From Candidatus Hydrogenedentota bacterium (GTDB lineage: Bacteria; Hydrogenedentota; Hydrogenedentia; Hydrogenedentales; SLHB01), in contig CAVUWV010000014.1 in assembly GCA_963745075.1 (NCBI GenBank), positions 292,344 through 356,343 of the forward strand: a stretch of DNA of 64,000 nt, written 5' to 3'. The position numbers and the translations under genes are program-made. The notes beneath the pieces were generated by a model. It was not told where the DNA came from. It made no database searches and saw nothing but the letters and a program-made list of their open reading frames with translations. Below are positions 33,269-42,653 of this stretch, one piece after another; position 1 is the first letter of the stretch; each line of letters begins with the position of its first letter.

Positions 33269-33325
33269 ATTGTGGTGCAGGCTTCCAGCCTGCGAAGAGG
33301 ACAGGCTGGAAGCCTGCACCACAAT
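33269..33325. repeat. GTGG-type REP-like palindrome with perfect 24-bp arms
   Basis: ATTGTGGTGCAGGCTTCCAGCCTG (33269-33292) pairs with CAGGCTGGAAGCCTGCACCACAAT (33302-33325). Confidence 0.88.
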
Positions 33326-33615
33326 ACAACCGCATTTGGAATTCCACCTCCAGAATGGCTATTGATTGTGCTTCCTGGAAAACTGGGGAGCACTGTCGGT
33401 CGCTGTTGCCTGAATTGCGGCGGCGCGCTAAACTAAATGCAACGGGGGAGGGCGGAGTGATCCGCCCGCAGCAAACTCCCACCATTATGTCGTCCCGGAA
33501 ACGGGGGATGGGGCGGCCGGATGCCTGCCTTATCTGTGTGGATCGTCCCTTGTTTTGTCGGAGGACGTTCGGTGGACACGGGGCCTGAGGTCCGCCTCGG
33601 CCCAAGGAGGTACCG

Positions 33616-35050
33616 ATGTGTCCTTGCGTGAGCCGACGGGAATTCTTGGGATGTAGCATGGCCGGCGGGGTGCTGCTCGCCTCGCAGATGGCGAGTTACG
33701 CGCGTACGCCCGCGTTCGATGATGAGCGCTGGCCCAAACCGGCGCCCATCAAGATTCACTCGGTCTTTGTGGGCCGCACGGGCGGCATCTATCTTTCCAG
33801 GCCGGAAGCGGAGATCGGGAAGTTCAGAGAGTATCTCGGGCAACTGGAGAATCGCCTGGGCGACGTACAGTTCGTCGGCGGTGAACTGATTCCACCCACC
33901 GAAGTGGCGGCAGTCCTCGAACAACTGCCCAACGCCGATGGCGTCCTGATGTTTCACCTGGAAGGACATGGAGGCGGCGCGCCTTGGGAAGCCATGCAAC
34001 AGATCGTGGCCGCCGATTTGCCCACTGCGGTGTTCTCCCAACCCTACAGCGGGCACGGCTGGATGCGATTCCCGGAGTGGCAGAAGGAAGGCAAGAAGGT
34101 TGTGTCCCTGCCCACCAGCGATTGGAGCGAAATCGACCGCGTGGCCGCACTGATGCGGGTGCCGTCGCGTATGCGGCAGACGAAGATTCTCGTCGTTCGT
34201 GGTCCCCAGGGATCGCCTGCCGCCTGTGACGGCGCGCAACTTAAAGAGCGCTGGGGTGCGGAGATGATCCCGATTACGGTCGATGACACCCTCGCGGCGT
34301 TCAATGCAGTCGACCCCACCGTAGCGGAAGCCGAAGCGGAAGCGTATTGGCTTAGTCCGGCGAAGAAGATCGTGGAGCCGTCCCGTCAGGAGATCATCGA
34401 CGCGACGCGGCTCTATCTCGCCATGAAAGACCTCATGATTGCCCACGGGGCGCAAGCCATCACCAGCTCCAATTGCATGGGCGAACCCGCGAAGGGGTGC
34501 CTGGCCTTCAGCAAGCTGAACGACATGGGCCTCGTCGGCGCCTGTGAAGGGGACATGGACTCGACGTTAACCATGCTCATGTTCGCGTACGGATTCGGCG
34601 TGCCCGGATTCATCACGGACCCGGTCTTCGACACGTCCCGCAACGCGCTGATCCACTTCCACTGCACTTCGGCCACGCGCATGGACGGACCGGATGGCGA
34701 GCGCCTGCCCTTCACCATCCGCACCCAGAGCGACAGCGATCGCGGTGTGTCCCTCGATGTGGAGAACCGCGATCGGCCAGATGGTCACCTGCGCCAAATT
34801 CATCAACCTCGACACGATGTTGCTTTCCACCGGCAAGATCATCGACGTCACCCACGACGAACTGGGGTGCCGCACCCAGTTCTACACCGAAGTCGCCGAT
34901 GCACGCAGCATGTTCCAGAATTGGGGCGCCGGCGTCCTCCAAGGCGATACGATGACCATGCTCCACCGCGTCGTCTTCTACGGTGACCACAGTCAAAGCA
35001 TGAACGATCTCGCCGCCCTTATGGGCTTCAAGGTCGTGCAGGAGGCGTAG
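33616..35050 (+). CDS. Tat-exported L-fucose/L-arabinose isomerase-like protein (apparent frameshift near 34770)
   Basis: Tat motif SRREFLG; GACEGDMDSTLTM, GFITDP and HCT. The reading continues in ORF 34694..35050 (IGQMVT...GCRTQ...HRVVFYGDH) if one base is removed from AACCGCGATC. Confidence 0.7.
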
Positions 35051-35060
35051 GAATACGAAG

Positions 35061-35092
35061 GGGCGGTCCGGCATTGCACCGCCGGACCGCCC
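35061..35092. terminator. GC-rich hairpin between convergent genes (possible bidirectional terminator)
   Basis: GGGCGGTCCGGC, 8-nt loop, GCCGGACCGCCC: a perfect 12-bp stem with no clear U-tract. Confidence 0.55.
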
Positions 35093-35095
35093 TGA

Positions 35096-36895
35096 CTATT
35101 CCGCGCCTACAGGCCAGGCGTTTTGTCGCGTTAGCAGCAACACCCAATCTTCCGCTGCTTCACCCGGCGGTGCTCCGACCACAATAGCGGTCCCGCCCTG
35201 AACCGGGCTCGGGTCTCCGACGAACTCTCCGGATCGTGGATTGAACCAGCGTTTCGTAAAGCTCCCCGGCGCTTGGGTCATATCTAGCGTCCCGGTATCG
35301 CTCGCCACGGGGAGGTAGACCGCATAGATTTCCCCGTCCTTTGCGAAGACTTGGCCCTCGACCACGTTGTTTTCGCCGGTAAATTCCGATTCGCCAGTGA
35401 GGAGTTCGTCGCGCGGTTCCATCTCCCTGAAGGGGAGATGGGTTTCCATGAAAGACCGCGCGTAGGCCATGTATTGCCAGAGCGCCCGGTACTTACGGAA
35501 ATCCTCCGTCTTGAGCAGGTCGTCGAGGATGAATTCGACGTTGCCTCCGGAGAAGTAGATGGGCCAGAGGTACTCGCGGCGTTGCCGATCAATGTTATTG
35601 GGGTTGGTTTTGTCGGGGAAAAACTCGTCCATGCCGATGACTTGTGGGAATCCAGCTTCCCGGGACTGCTTGCGCCAGGCCTCGACTACGTCCAGTTTGT
35701 TGACCTGAAACGACGTAACCTGGAAACGGTTGTCTCCAAGAAAGGGCGTCCAGGCCTTCTGCCATTTCCCCGCGTGGTGGACGGTGACAGGATGATCGTA
35801 GGGATCCACATCGCGGATGTATTGGGCGAAGCTTTTGACGACTTCCGGATCGAATGCGAAACCGAGGTTGTACTCCTCGCTCAGATTCCACTGGAGCGCA
35901 GGAAAATGGCCGAAGCGGGCGACAAGTTCCCGGTAGTACAGCTTGCGTTCGACGCCCAATTGCCCATCATCCAACTCGCGTTTGTTTGGCTCTTCCGCCT
36001 CGTTCAAGACAAAGTGGAGCATGATGCCCTTACGTTGCGCGTGGTCGAATACGATGCCCCACTGGCGGAGCTTCGTTACATCAAAGTGCAGATCGTCGTT
36101 GTTCGGGCTGCCGCCACCGTCGATATCACCGAGATACGGCCAGACATTCTTCCCGTCGCCGCCGATGTTCATGACCAGGAAATAGATACTGTTGACCTTC
36201 ATGGATGCGAGGTAATTCAACGCGCCGATGATGCCTTTGCCCTTGCCGTCGTCCCAATCGGGATCGCCCTGGTTCCAGTCCGCGACATGGGCGTCGTAGC
36301 GATGCGTAGCGCGCGGCGTATCTGCAAAACCGTTGTATGCGAGGAAATCTTCCGGGCTGTCCGTACCACCTTTAATCCAATAGTCACCATCCCGGAATTT
36401 CAAATAAAAGCCGCCTGCGTACTCCAGACGCCCCCAGCGATAGAACCCGGGGGCTTCGTCGTCCTGCGGTGCGACCGTGAGCGTTCCCACCGTTCCGTCG
36501 AACGCAACGGGCTCGCCGGCGTCGGGTTCCAACTGGATCGCGACTTGGTCACCCTCACGAAAGGACGCCCGAAAGGCCCAGTCTCCGGTCTCATCGGGCG
36601 AAAACGCCACGCGCCATACATCGCCCGAAAGTCCCCCGTCCCCATCGCCGTCGTAATAACCGGGCACGTCATATTCGACGCCGTCCGGTGACCTGAACCG
36701 AACCTGAAGCCGGTAATCGAGAAAGGGGTTCGGCGCGTCGTTGGACGCGCTGGTCACGGGACCGCGAAAGTCGATGACGACGGGCTGCCACTTTTGCAGG
36801 TTTCCCCCGAGAGAATAGTCTGTTTCCGTCGCGTACGAACTCAGCGTCGCGAGGAGCCCGGCTCCGATAAGAACGAGGAATGACTTTACACGCAT
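35096..36895 (-). CDS. Secreted DUF5060 / putative glycoside hydrolase with C-terminal collagen-binding-like domain
   Basis: Signal peptide; NPF.DY.L.V.F.SP...Y.VPGYYDGD and W...F.PDE.G.W; TIM-barrel motifs YYRELVARF and WNLSEE; C-terminal WFNPRSG...EDWVLLL. Confidence 0.72.
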   Translation of the reverse strand: MRVKSFLVLIGAGLLATLSSYATETDYSLGGNLQKWQPVVIDFRGPVTSASNDAPNPFLDYRLQVRFRSPDGVEYDVPGYYDGDGDGGLSGDVWRVAFSPDETGDWAFRASFREGDQVAIQLEPDAGEPVAFDGTVGTLTVAPQDDEAPGFYRWGRLEYAGGFYLKFRDGDYWIKGGTDSPEDFLAYNGFADTPRATHRYDAHVADWNQGDPDWDDGKGKGIIGALNYLASMKVNSIYFLVMNIGGDGKNVWPYLGDIDGGGSPNNDDLHFDVTKLRQWGIVFDHAQRKGIMLHFVLNEAEEPNKRELDDGQLGVERKLYYRELVARFGHFPALQWNLSEEYNLGFAFDPEVVKSFAQYIRDVDPYDHPVTVHHAGKWQKAWTPFLGDNRFQVTSFQVNKLDVVEAWRKQSREAGFPQVIGMDEFFPDKTNPNNIDRQRREYLWPIYFSGGNVEFILDDLLKTEDFRKYRALWQYMAYARSFMETHLPFREMEPRDELLTGESEFTGENNVVEGQVFAKDGEIYAVYLPVASDTGTLDMTQAPGSFTKRWFNPRSGEFVGDPSPVQGGTAIVVGAPPGEAAEDWVLLLTRQNAWPVGAE

Positions 36896-37015
36896 GAATA
36901 CCACTCCAGTTTCTAGACCGTGGAATCCCACCCCCACCCGGTGGATGTGAACTACATCATCCACATATTATGGGGGAGAATCGAGTTGACTCGGGCCGTG
37001 GAGCTGGAGGGGATT

Positions 37016-37024
37016 TGGTATACT
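37016..37024 (+). promoter_or_regulatory. Candidate extended -10 promoter element
   Basis: TGGTATACT (TGn + TATACT) about 65 nt upstream of the DUF2442 start; no convincing -35 at the standard spacing. Confidence 0.3.
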
Positions 37025-37089
37025 GTTAGCAAGCCAAGAATCAGATGAAGAAAGACTCGGTGCACTTGACAATCTTGGGAGAGCCTCTA

Positions 37090-37374
37090 ATGCGTAAGAT
37101 TATCTCCGTCTGTGTATTGGACGGATACCGCCTCGAACTCGTCTTTGATGATCAGGAGCGAGGTGTTGTCGATCTCTCCGCCGATGTAGGGAAGGGAGTG
37201 TTTTCCCTTTGGCAAGAATATCATGTTTTTCGCAACGTTGAAGTTGGGTCTAGCGGTGAACTCAGATGGGGTGATGCCGTTGACCTCTGTGCGGATGCCC
37301 TTTACTTGCAGGCAACCGGGAAGAAACCAGAAGATCTGTTTCCCGAACTGAGGCGAGAGAACGTCAATGCCTGA
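37090..37374 (+). CDS. DUF2442-family protein (putative antitoxin)
   Basis: V..LDGYRLELVFDD...G.VDL, F..V....G.L.W....DLC.DALY. Confidence 0.8.
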   Translation: MRKIISVCVLDGYRLELVFDDQERGVVDLSADVGKGVFSLWQEYHVFRNVEVGSSGELRWGDAVDLCADALYLQATGKKPEDLFPELRRENVNA

Positions 37375-37627
37375 GATCGCCCGCTTCTATGGGATCATCA
37401 TCAGAATGTATTTCAACGATCATAATCCACCGCACTTTCATGCGATCTACAACGAACAGGAAGCCCTAATCAATATTCGTACTCTATCGGCTTTCTCGGG
37501 GCAACTTTCTCCCCGTGCATTGGGTCTCGTCATTGAATGGGCAACCCAGCACCAGCAGGAGCTGCTCGCGGACTGGGAACGCGCGCAATCGCGTCAGCCC
37601 CTTGCGCCAATCAAACCACTTTCTTAG
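37367..37627 (+). CDS. DUF4160-family protein (putative toxin, HicA-like fold)
   Basis: MPEIARFYGIIIRMYFNDHNPPHFHAIY...G.L...ALGLV.EWA..H..EL...W; overlaps the DUF2442 stop. Confidence 0.88.
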   Translation: MPEIARFYGIIIRMYFNDHNPPHFHAIYNEQEALINIRTLSAFSGQLSPRALGLVIEWATQHQQELLADWERAQSRQPLAPIKPLS

Positions 37628-37643
37628 TCGGGATTCTGGCATC

Positions 37644-38627
37644 GTGAACACGGTAGTGAGAACTGGAGCCAGTAAACAATTCCTGCTCGATCCGTTCGAG
37701 CCGGCCTACCTCACACGGCATCGCAACGGCGAGCTCCAGGATCGGGCCGTAGCAGCACTGAAGGAACTCGAAGATTGCTGTGCGTGCCCGCGAAATTGTC
37801 ACATCAATCGGACGGTAGACGATACCAAGGTGTGCAACACCGGCCGGTACGCGCGGGTCGCCAGTGTCTTTCCCCACTTCGGGGAAGAGGACTGTCTGCG
37901 CGGTTGGAAGGGATCGGGGACCATTTTCTTCAGCCTGTGCAACCTCCGTTGCGTCTTTTGTCAGAACTGGGATATCAGCCAGAAAGCATCGGGCCGGGAA
38001 TGTTCCCCGGGCGCGATTGCAGAGATGATGCTCGAACTCCAGGCGCTCGGTTGCCACAACATCAACTTTGTGACAGCGGAGCACGTCGTACCCCAGGTCA
38101 TCGAAGCCATCGCCGCGGCGGCGCCCATGGGATTGCGCCTGCCCATCGTCTACAACACCAGTGCCTACGATTCGATGAAATCGCTGCGGCTCCTTGACGG
38201 ACTCATCGACATCTACATGCCGGACTTCAAATTCTGGGAGCGGGAAACGGCCAAGCGCCTGGCAAAAGCCAAGGACTACCCGGAACGTGCCCGCGACGCG
38301 ATCGCGGAAATGCACCGGCAGGTGGGTCCGCTCCGGTTCGGTACTGATGGTCTGGCACGGAGAGGAGTGCTGGTACGCCACCTCGTCATGCCTGGGCAAT
38401 CTGCGGAAGCGGCCGCAATCTTTCACTGGCTTGCCGAGGAATTATCCCCCGATACGTACGTGAACATCATGGGACAGTACCGGCCCGAATATCAGGTGGG
38501 CGAAATCGCGCGCGATGGCTCGCGGAAGTACGGCGACGTTCAACAACGTCCGGTTCCGACGGAGATGGAAGATGCGTACGCCGCGGCATGCGGAGCCGGA
38601 CTGTGGCGGTTTGACGAGCGGCGATAG
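37644..38627 (+). CDS. Radical SAM protein (PflX-like)
   Basis: C..CPRNC N-terminal motif, PHFGEE..L.G..GSGTIFF, CNLRCVFCQN (CxxxCxxC), DIYMPDFK, VRHLVMPG and NIMGQYRP. Confidence 0.88.
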   Translation: MNTVVRTGASKQFLLDPFEPAYLTRHRNGELQDRAVAALKELEDCCACPRNCHINRTVDDTKVCNTGRYARVASVFPHFGEEDCLRGWKGSGTIFFSLCNLRCVFCQNWDISQKASGRECSPGAIAEMMLELQALGCHNINFVTAEHVVPQVIEAIAAAAPMGLRLPIVYNTSAYDSMKSLRLLDGLIDIYMPDFKFWERETAKRLAKAKDYPERARDAIAEMHRQVGPLRFGTDGLARRGVLVRHLVMPGQSAEAAAIFHWLAEELSPDTYVNIMGQYRPEYQVGEIARDGSRKYGDVQQRPVPTEMEDAYAAACGAGLWRFDERR

Positions 38628-38696
38628 CCCCAACTTTCGGTGATCGGCGTGTCGCTGGCGTCCTTGATGTCTCTCGAACGATCCAAAATCCCGCAA

Positions 38697-39917
38697 CTAC
38701 ACGCAGAGATCGAACCAGCGTGCCAACCGCTCCGCAAGCCCAAGACGGTTCAGATAATCCGAATCCAGATAGGCGCCGCCCAGGATGTCGCCCATGCCCT
38801 CGCGGTCCGCACAGAAATAATTCGCAACATGCACGGCGGTCAGCGACGTGAAATGGTTTTCGCTGCCGTCGCCATAGAGTTGCTCCGGCAGCGCGGACGG
38901 GTAATCGTAGTACGTCACAGCCTTCACAATGGCATCCGGCAACCCCCATAGATCAAAGAGAAACCCGCCGATTTCGCCGTGGGTCGCTCCAAAGCAGTCC
39001 CGTTCCGCCGCGCTCAGGGTAACGCCGGTGGAGCGAACGCGATCGACAACATTCACGAAATCGCGGGTCATTTTGGTGGCCAGGATCAGCATGCCCACCT
39101 TGTGCAGCAGCGCGGCCGTGAACGATTCCTGGGCTACCGGGATGCTTTGCGTTTCGAATTCGGCGATTCGCATGGCGTAATCGCCGACCGTCAAACTACG
39201 ATGCCAGAGGAAATCCAGGCTGATCCCTTCCGGCATGTCCTGGTCTTGCATGGGCGCAAATACTTCCACCATGAGCACGAGACTCTTGATGTTCTCGAAA
39301 CCCAGGAGCTGAACCGCCTCGGCCACGCTCGAAATCTGTCTTCCCGTGCCCACGTATTCCGAGTTGACGATTTGAAGCAGCTTCATGCTCAATCCCGCGT
39401 CCTTCTCGATGATGCCGCCGATGCGGGCAATGGACGGGGTCGGAGACTGCATTTCGTTGACGATTTCCCGGTGTACGACGGGCATGGACGGCAATGCGCC
39501 CATTTCGAGCAGCGCGCGTTTGATTTTGGACCCTTGCAGCGAATCCGTCAGCGAGAATGCGCGTGCCAGCAGGTTGTGCAATACCTGCGGATCGCACGGC
39601 TTCGTCAAGAACTGATGGGTCACGGTCGATGCGCTGAGTAGGCTGGCCGTGTCGGTCTGCCCGGAGAGGATAAAGCGGACGGTCTGTGGATATTTCTTGT
39701 TGATTTCGGTCAACAACTCGACGCCGTTCATTTCCGGCATGGTGAGATCGGTTACGACCACGTCGAACGGGCCTTCCTGCTGCATAAGACCGAGGGCTTC
39801 GGTCCCGCTTTCGACAAAGGACATATTCCAATCGCGGCGAATACTCAACAACATGCGGCGCAAGCCGCGGAGCAGATTCGGTTCGTCATCCACAAACAAC
39901 ACGCGTTTCACAGGCAC
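38697..39917 (-). CDS. Response regulator with HDOD output domain
   Basis: REC (LFVDDE, VVTDLTMPEMNG, FLTKP); HDOD (LPSMP, KLLQIVNS, ALLHKVG, THGEIGG.L..LWGLP). Confidence 0.88.
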   Translation of the reverse strand: MPVKRVLFVDDEPNLLRGLRRMLLSIRRDWNMSFVESGTEALGLMQQEGPFDVVVTDLTMPEMNGVELLTEINKKYPQTVRFILSGQTDTASLLSASTVTHQFLTKPCDPQVLHNLLARAFSLTDSLQGSKIKRALLEMGALPSMPVVHREIVNEMQSPTPSIARIGGIIEKDAGLSMKLLQIVNSEYVGTGRQISSVAEAVQLLGFENIKSLVLMVEVFAPMQDQDMPEGISLDFLWHRSLTVGDYAMRIAEFETQSIPVAQESFTAALLHKVGMLILATKMTRDFVNVVDRVRSTGVTLSAAERDCFGATHGEIGGFLFDLWGLPDAIVKAVTYYDYPSALPEQLYGDGSENHFTSLTAVHVANYFCADREGMGDILGGAYLDSDYLNRLGLAERLARWFDLCV

Positions 39918-39959
39918 TTACCTCAATTCCCGGAGACCTTCGACCCCGGAACGATCCAC

Positions 39960-41081
39960 CTACCGGAAATTCGCCGCTCGGATATCTTCGATTTCATCCT
40001 GCACACGCTTGAATGCCGCATAAATAGCAGGATCGATGTGAGTTCCAGCGGACTCCTCCATGATGCGTGACGATTTTTCCCGATCGAAAGCTTCCTTGTA
40101 CGGGCGGGATGAACGTAGCGCATCGTACAAATCGGCTACGGCTACAATGCGTCCAACAATGGGAATATCTTCGCCGCGAAGCCCCTTGGGATAGCCGGCG
40201 CCATCCCACCGCTCGTGATGAGTCATGGCGATCATGGCGGCAAACTCGCGAATCGGCTCGATGGCGTCTAATGCCGAGTTCTCGCGGTTGGACAAGTTGC
40301 TGAGAAAACATTCGGCGCCTTTGGGCAACTCGAGGAGGATCGACGCCCCAATGTCGCAATGGCGTTGCACGTACTCGCGCTCGTGGCCGTTCAGCTTGCC
40401 CTGTTTCAGCAGAATCCCATCCGGAATTCCGATCTTGCCGATGTCGTGAAGGGGGCTTGTCAGGAAGACGGTCTCCACGAGTTCTTGCGAGAGCCCCATC
40501 TGGGACGCGAGTATCCGGCTGGTGAGGGCCACACGAATCACATGGTCCCCCGTATCCTCGTCGCGGAACTCGCCGGCCTTCGCCAACCGCCAGATGATGT
40601 CTCGACGGGAGAACTCAAGCTCGCGAGTCCGTTCCCGCACCCGGTATTCCAGGAGTTCGTTGTGGGCGCGCAGTTCATCCTGATACCCCTTGAGACGAAG
40701 CACGCTGCGCAGTCGTGCGATGAGATCTTCACGCGCGATAGGTTTGTTAAGCAGGTCCGTAGCGCCAAGGTCCAGCGCCTTGCGCTTGAGATCGCCTTCA
40801 GCGTTGCCCGTTAAAATAATCACGGGAACTCCGGCGGTCTTGGGATTCGCTTTTAGTTCCTTCAGGAGTTCGAGGCCGTCTTTTCCGGGCATCGTAACGT
40901 CCGAAACGACCGTATCGAATTCCGTCGAGGCTGTCATGGCAAGCGCCTCGTCCGCACTGACCGCGAACGACAATTCCCACTCGAAAACTTCGTCGCGGAG
41001 CATGCGGCGGATCCCGGAGAGGAAATTCGGTTCGTCGTCCACGAACAAGATTCTGGCCTTGCGGCCACCTAACATGTGCAT
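39960..41081 (-). CDS. Response regulator with HD-GYP cyclic-dinucleotide phosphodiesterase domain
   Basis: REC plus RDEDTGDH, LHDIGKIGIPD, HHERWDGAGYP and ADLYDALRS.RPYK. ATG 41081 follows GGAGG. Confidence 0.92.
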   Translation of the reverse strand: MHMLGGRKARILFVDDEPNFLSGIRRMLRDEVFEWELSFAVSADEALAMTASTEFDTVVSDVTMPGKDGLELLKELKANPKTAGVPVIILTGNAEGDLKRKALDLGATDLLNKPIAREDLIARLRSVLRLKGYQDELRAHNELLEYRVRERTRELEFSRRDIIWRLAKAGEFRDEDTGDHVIRVALTSRILASQMGLSQELVETVFLTSPLHDIGKIGIPDGILLKQGKLNGHEREYVQRHCDIGASILLELPKGAECFLSNLSNRENSALDAIEPIREFAAMIAMTHHERWDGAGYPKGLRGEDIPIVGRIVAVADLYDALRSSRPYKEAFDREKSSRIMEESAGTHIDPAIYAAFKRVQDEIEDIRAANFR

Positions 41082-41132
41082 CGTCCTCCACGGCTGGTCC
41101 GATCCCGATCGGACTCCCTGCACTTCCTCAAC

Positions 41133-42341
41133 CTACCTATTCTCTTGCAGATGGTTCGGAAGCCGAACCACAAACGAAGTACCGTGTCCCAGTTCCGACT
41201 CGAAGGTAAGAGCGCCCTCCAAGCGTTCCATTACCAACGCCCGAACGATTGCGAGGCCCTGGCCGGTTCCCAGCCCCGGACGTTTCGTCGTAAAAAAAGG
41301 CTCGAAAATTCGAGGCCGAATGGACTCCGGGATCCCGGGCCCCGTGTCTTTCACTTCAATTTCGATCTGGTCTCCCGTCCGGCGCGTAATCACGGTAATT
41401 GTACCGCGATCTTTCGATCCGTGCTGGCGTGCTTCCCCGATCGCTTGCGCGGCGTTGACGAGAAGGTTCAATACCACCTGGTTCAAGGCGCCGGGAACGG
41501 TCAGGATCTCCGCAATGCTCGCGTCGAACTGCGTCTTGACGTCCGCGACATACTTCCACTCGTTGCGGGCCAGGGCGATGGTGTTTTCGATTGCGTGATT
41601 GACGTCGAGCGGCACTTTCTCTTCCAGGTCGGGATGGACAAATTCCCGCACCGCGCGAACGATCGCCGCGACTTTTCTATTCCCCTCGAGGGATTCGGTC
41701 AACGCCGAAGGTATCTCGTCGACCAGAAAGTCCAAATCTGCCGCCGCGCTCAACTCCTCCAGGCGTTTCCGCTCGGGGGCATCGGTCGCTTCGGTGAGTC
41801 GGTTGGTCACGACGTCCCGATACGCGCGCAGGAGCGGCTTGAGCTTCTCGAAAGATTCTTTCAGGAATTGGAGATTGTCCCCGATGTACTGGGTCGGGGT
41901 ATTGATTTCGTGGGCGATTCCCGCCGCCAGCTCGCCGATGGCCTCCATCTTCTGCGCCGTGTAGAAGCGCTCGATGTCTTTTGCTGTATTGTCGGCGGGC
42001 CGCATGATGCTGAGGTAGTGGCGTTGTCCCGGGCCGGAACCGGCGATGGGCGTGATGGTCTCTTCTACTTCGAAATAGGATCCATCCTTGCTTTTGTTGA
42101 ACAGGCGGCCCCGCCACACGTCTCCCCGTTGGATGGTTTGCCACATTTCCACGTAGATGGTGTCGGCGTGCTTGCCGCTCTTGAAAATTCGAGGGTTCTG
42201 TCCGACGAGTTGTGTACGGTCGAATCCCGACACCCGCTCGCAGGCGGAATTCGCATAGACTATGATGCCGTCCCCATTCGTTACAAACACGGCGTCCGAT
42301 GCCAGTTCAACAAAATCCCCGAGATCGTGTCTTTCTATCAT
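41133..42341 (-). CDS. PAS-domain sensor histidine kinase
   Basis: PAS (GQNPRIFKSG, WRG...N.SKDGS.F), QKMEAIGELAAGIAHEINTP, NLLVNA, DTGPGI and GTGQGL. Confidence 0.92.
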   Translation of the reverse strand: MIERHDLGDFVELASDAVFVTNGDGIIVYANSACERVSGFDRTQLVGQNPRIFKSGKHADTIYVEMWQTIQRGDVWRGRLFNKSKDGSYFEVEETITPIAGSGPGQRHYLSIMRPADNTAKDIERFYTAQKMEAIGELAAGIAHEINTPTQYIGDNLQFLKESFEKLKPLLRAYRDVVTNRLTEATDAPERKRLEELSAAADLDFLVDEIPSALTESLEGNRKVAAIVRAVREFVHPDLEEKVPLDVNHAIENTIALARNEWKYVADVKTQFDASIAEILTVPGALNQVVLNLLVNAAQAIGEARQHGSKDRGTITVITRRTGDQIEIEVKDTGPGIPESIRPRIFEPFFTTKRPGLGTGQGLAIVRALVMERLEGALTFESELGHGTSFVVRLPNHLQENR

Positions 42342-42653
42342 ACCGCGCTTCCTTCCGTGTCGTGGAAGTGCGCCGCGGAATTCCCTCCGACGTGGGAGAT
42401 GGGATCCCCCGCACCAAAAGCGTTGTAGGGGGTAGTGAGGGTCAACCGTCGAAAGGGGTCACGCCACGACATGCGAATGCAGTATGCTCCCATGGTTCGG
42501 TCCCGGCGTGCGTCGTATCGGTTCAGCCGACGGGGGCAATCGTTGACCCCAGGTGCCCCTGTCGGTGCCATGCTCGAACCGACCGCGCGTGCTGCGATGA
42601 TAATCCGATGGACCGTTCGTGTCAATTCAGCGAGTTTGACATCTCAATCCCGC

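Noticed and set aside
42436..42475. GGGTCAACCGTCGAAAGGGGTCACGC, superficially like a c-di-GMP-I riboswitch near the HD-GYP operon
   Set aside because: It is on the wrong strand for the operon, the stem is poor, and the GCAAA elements and second hairpin are absent.
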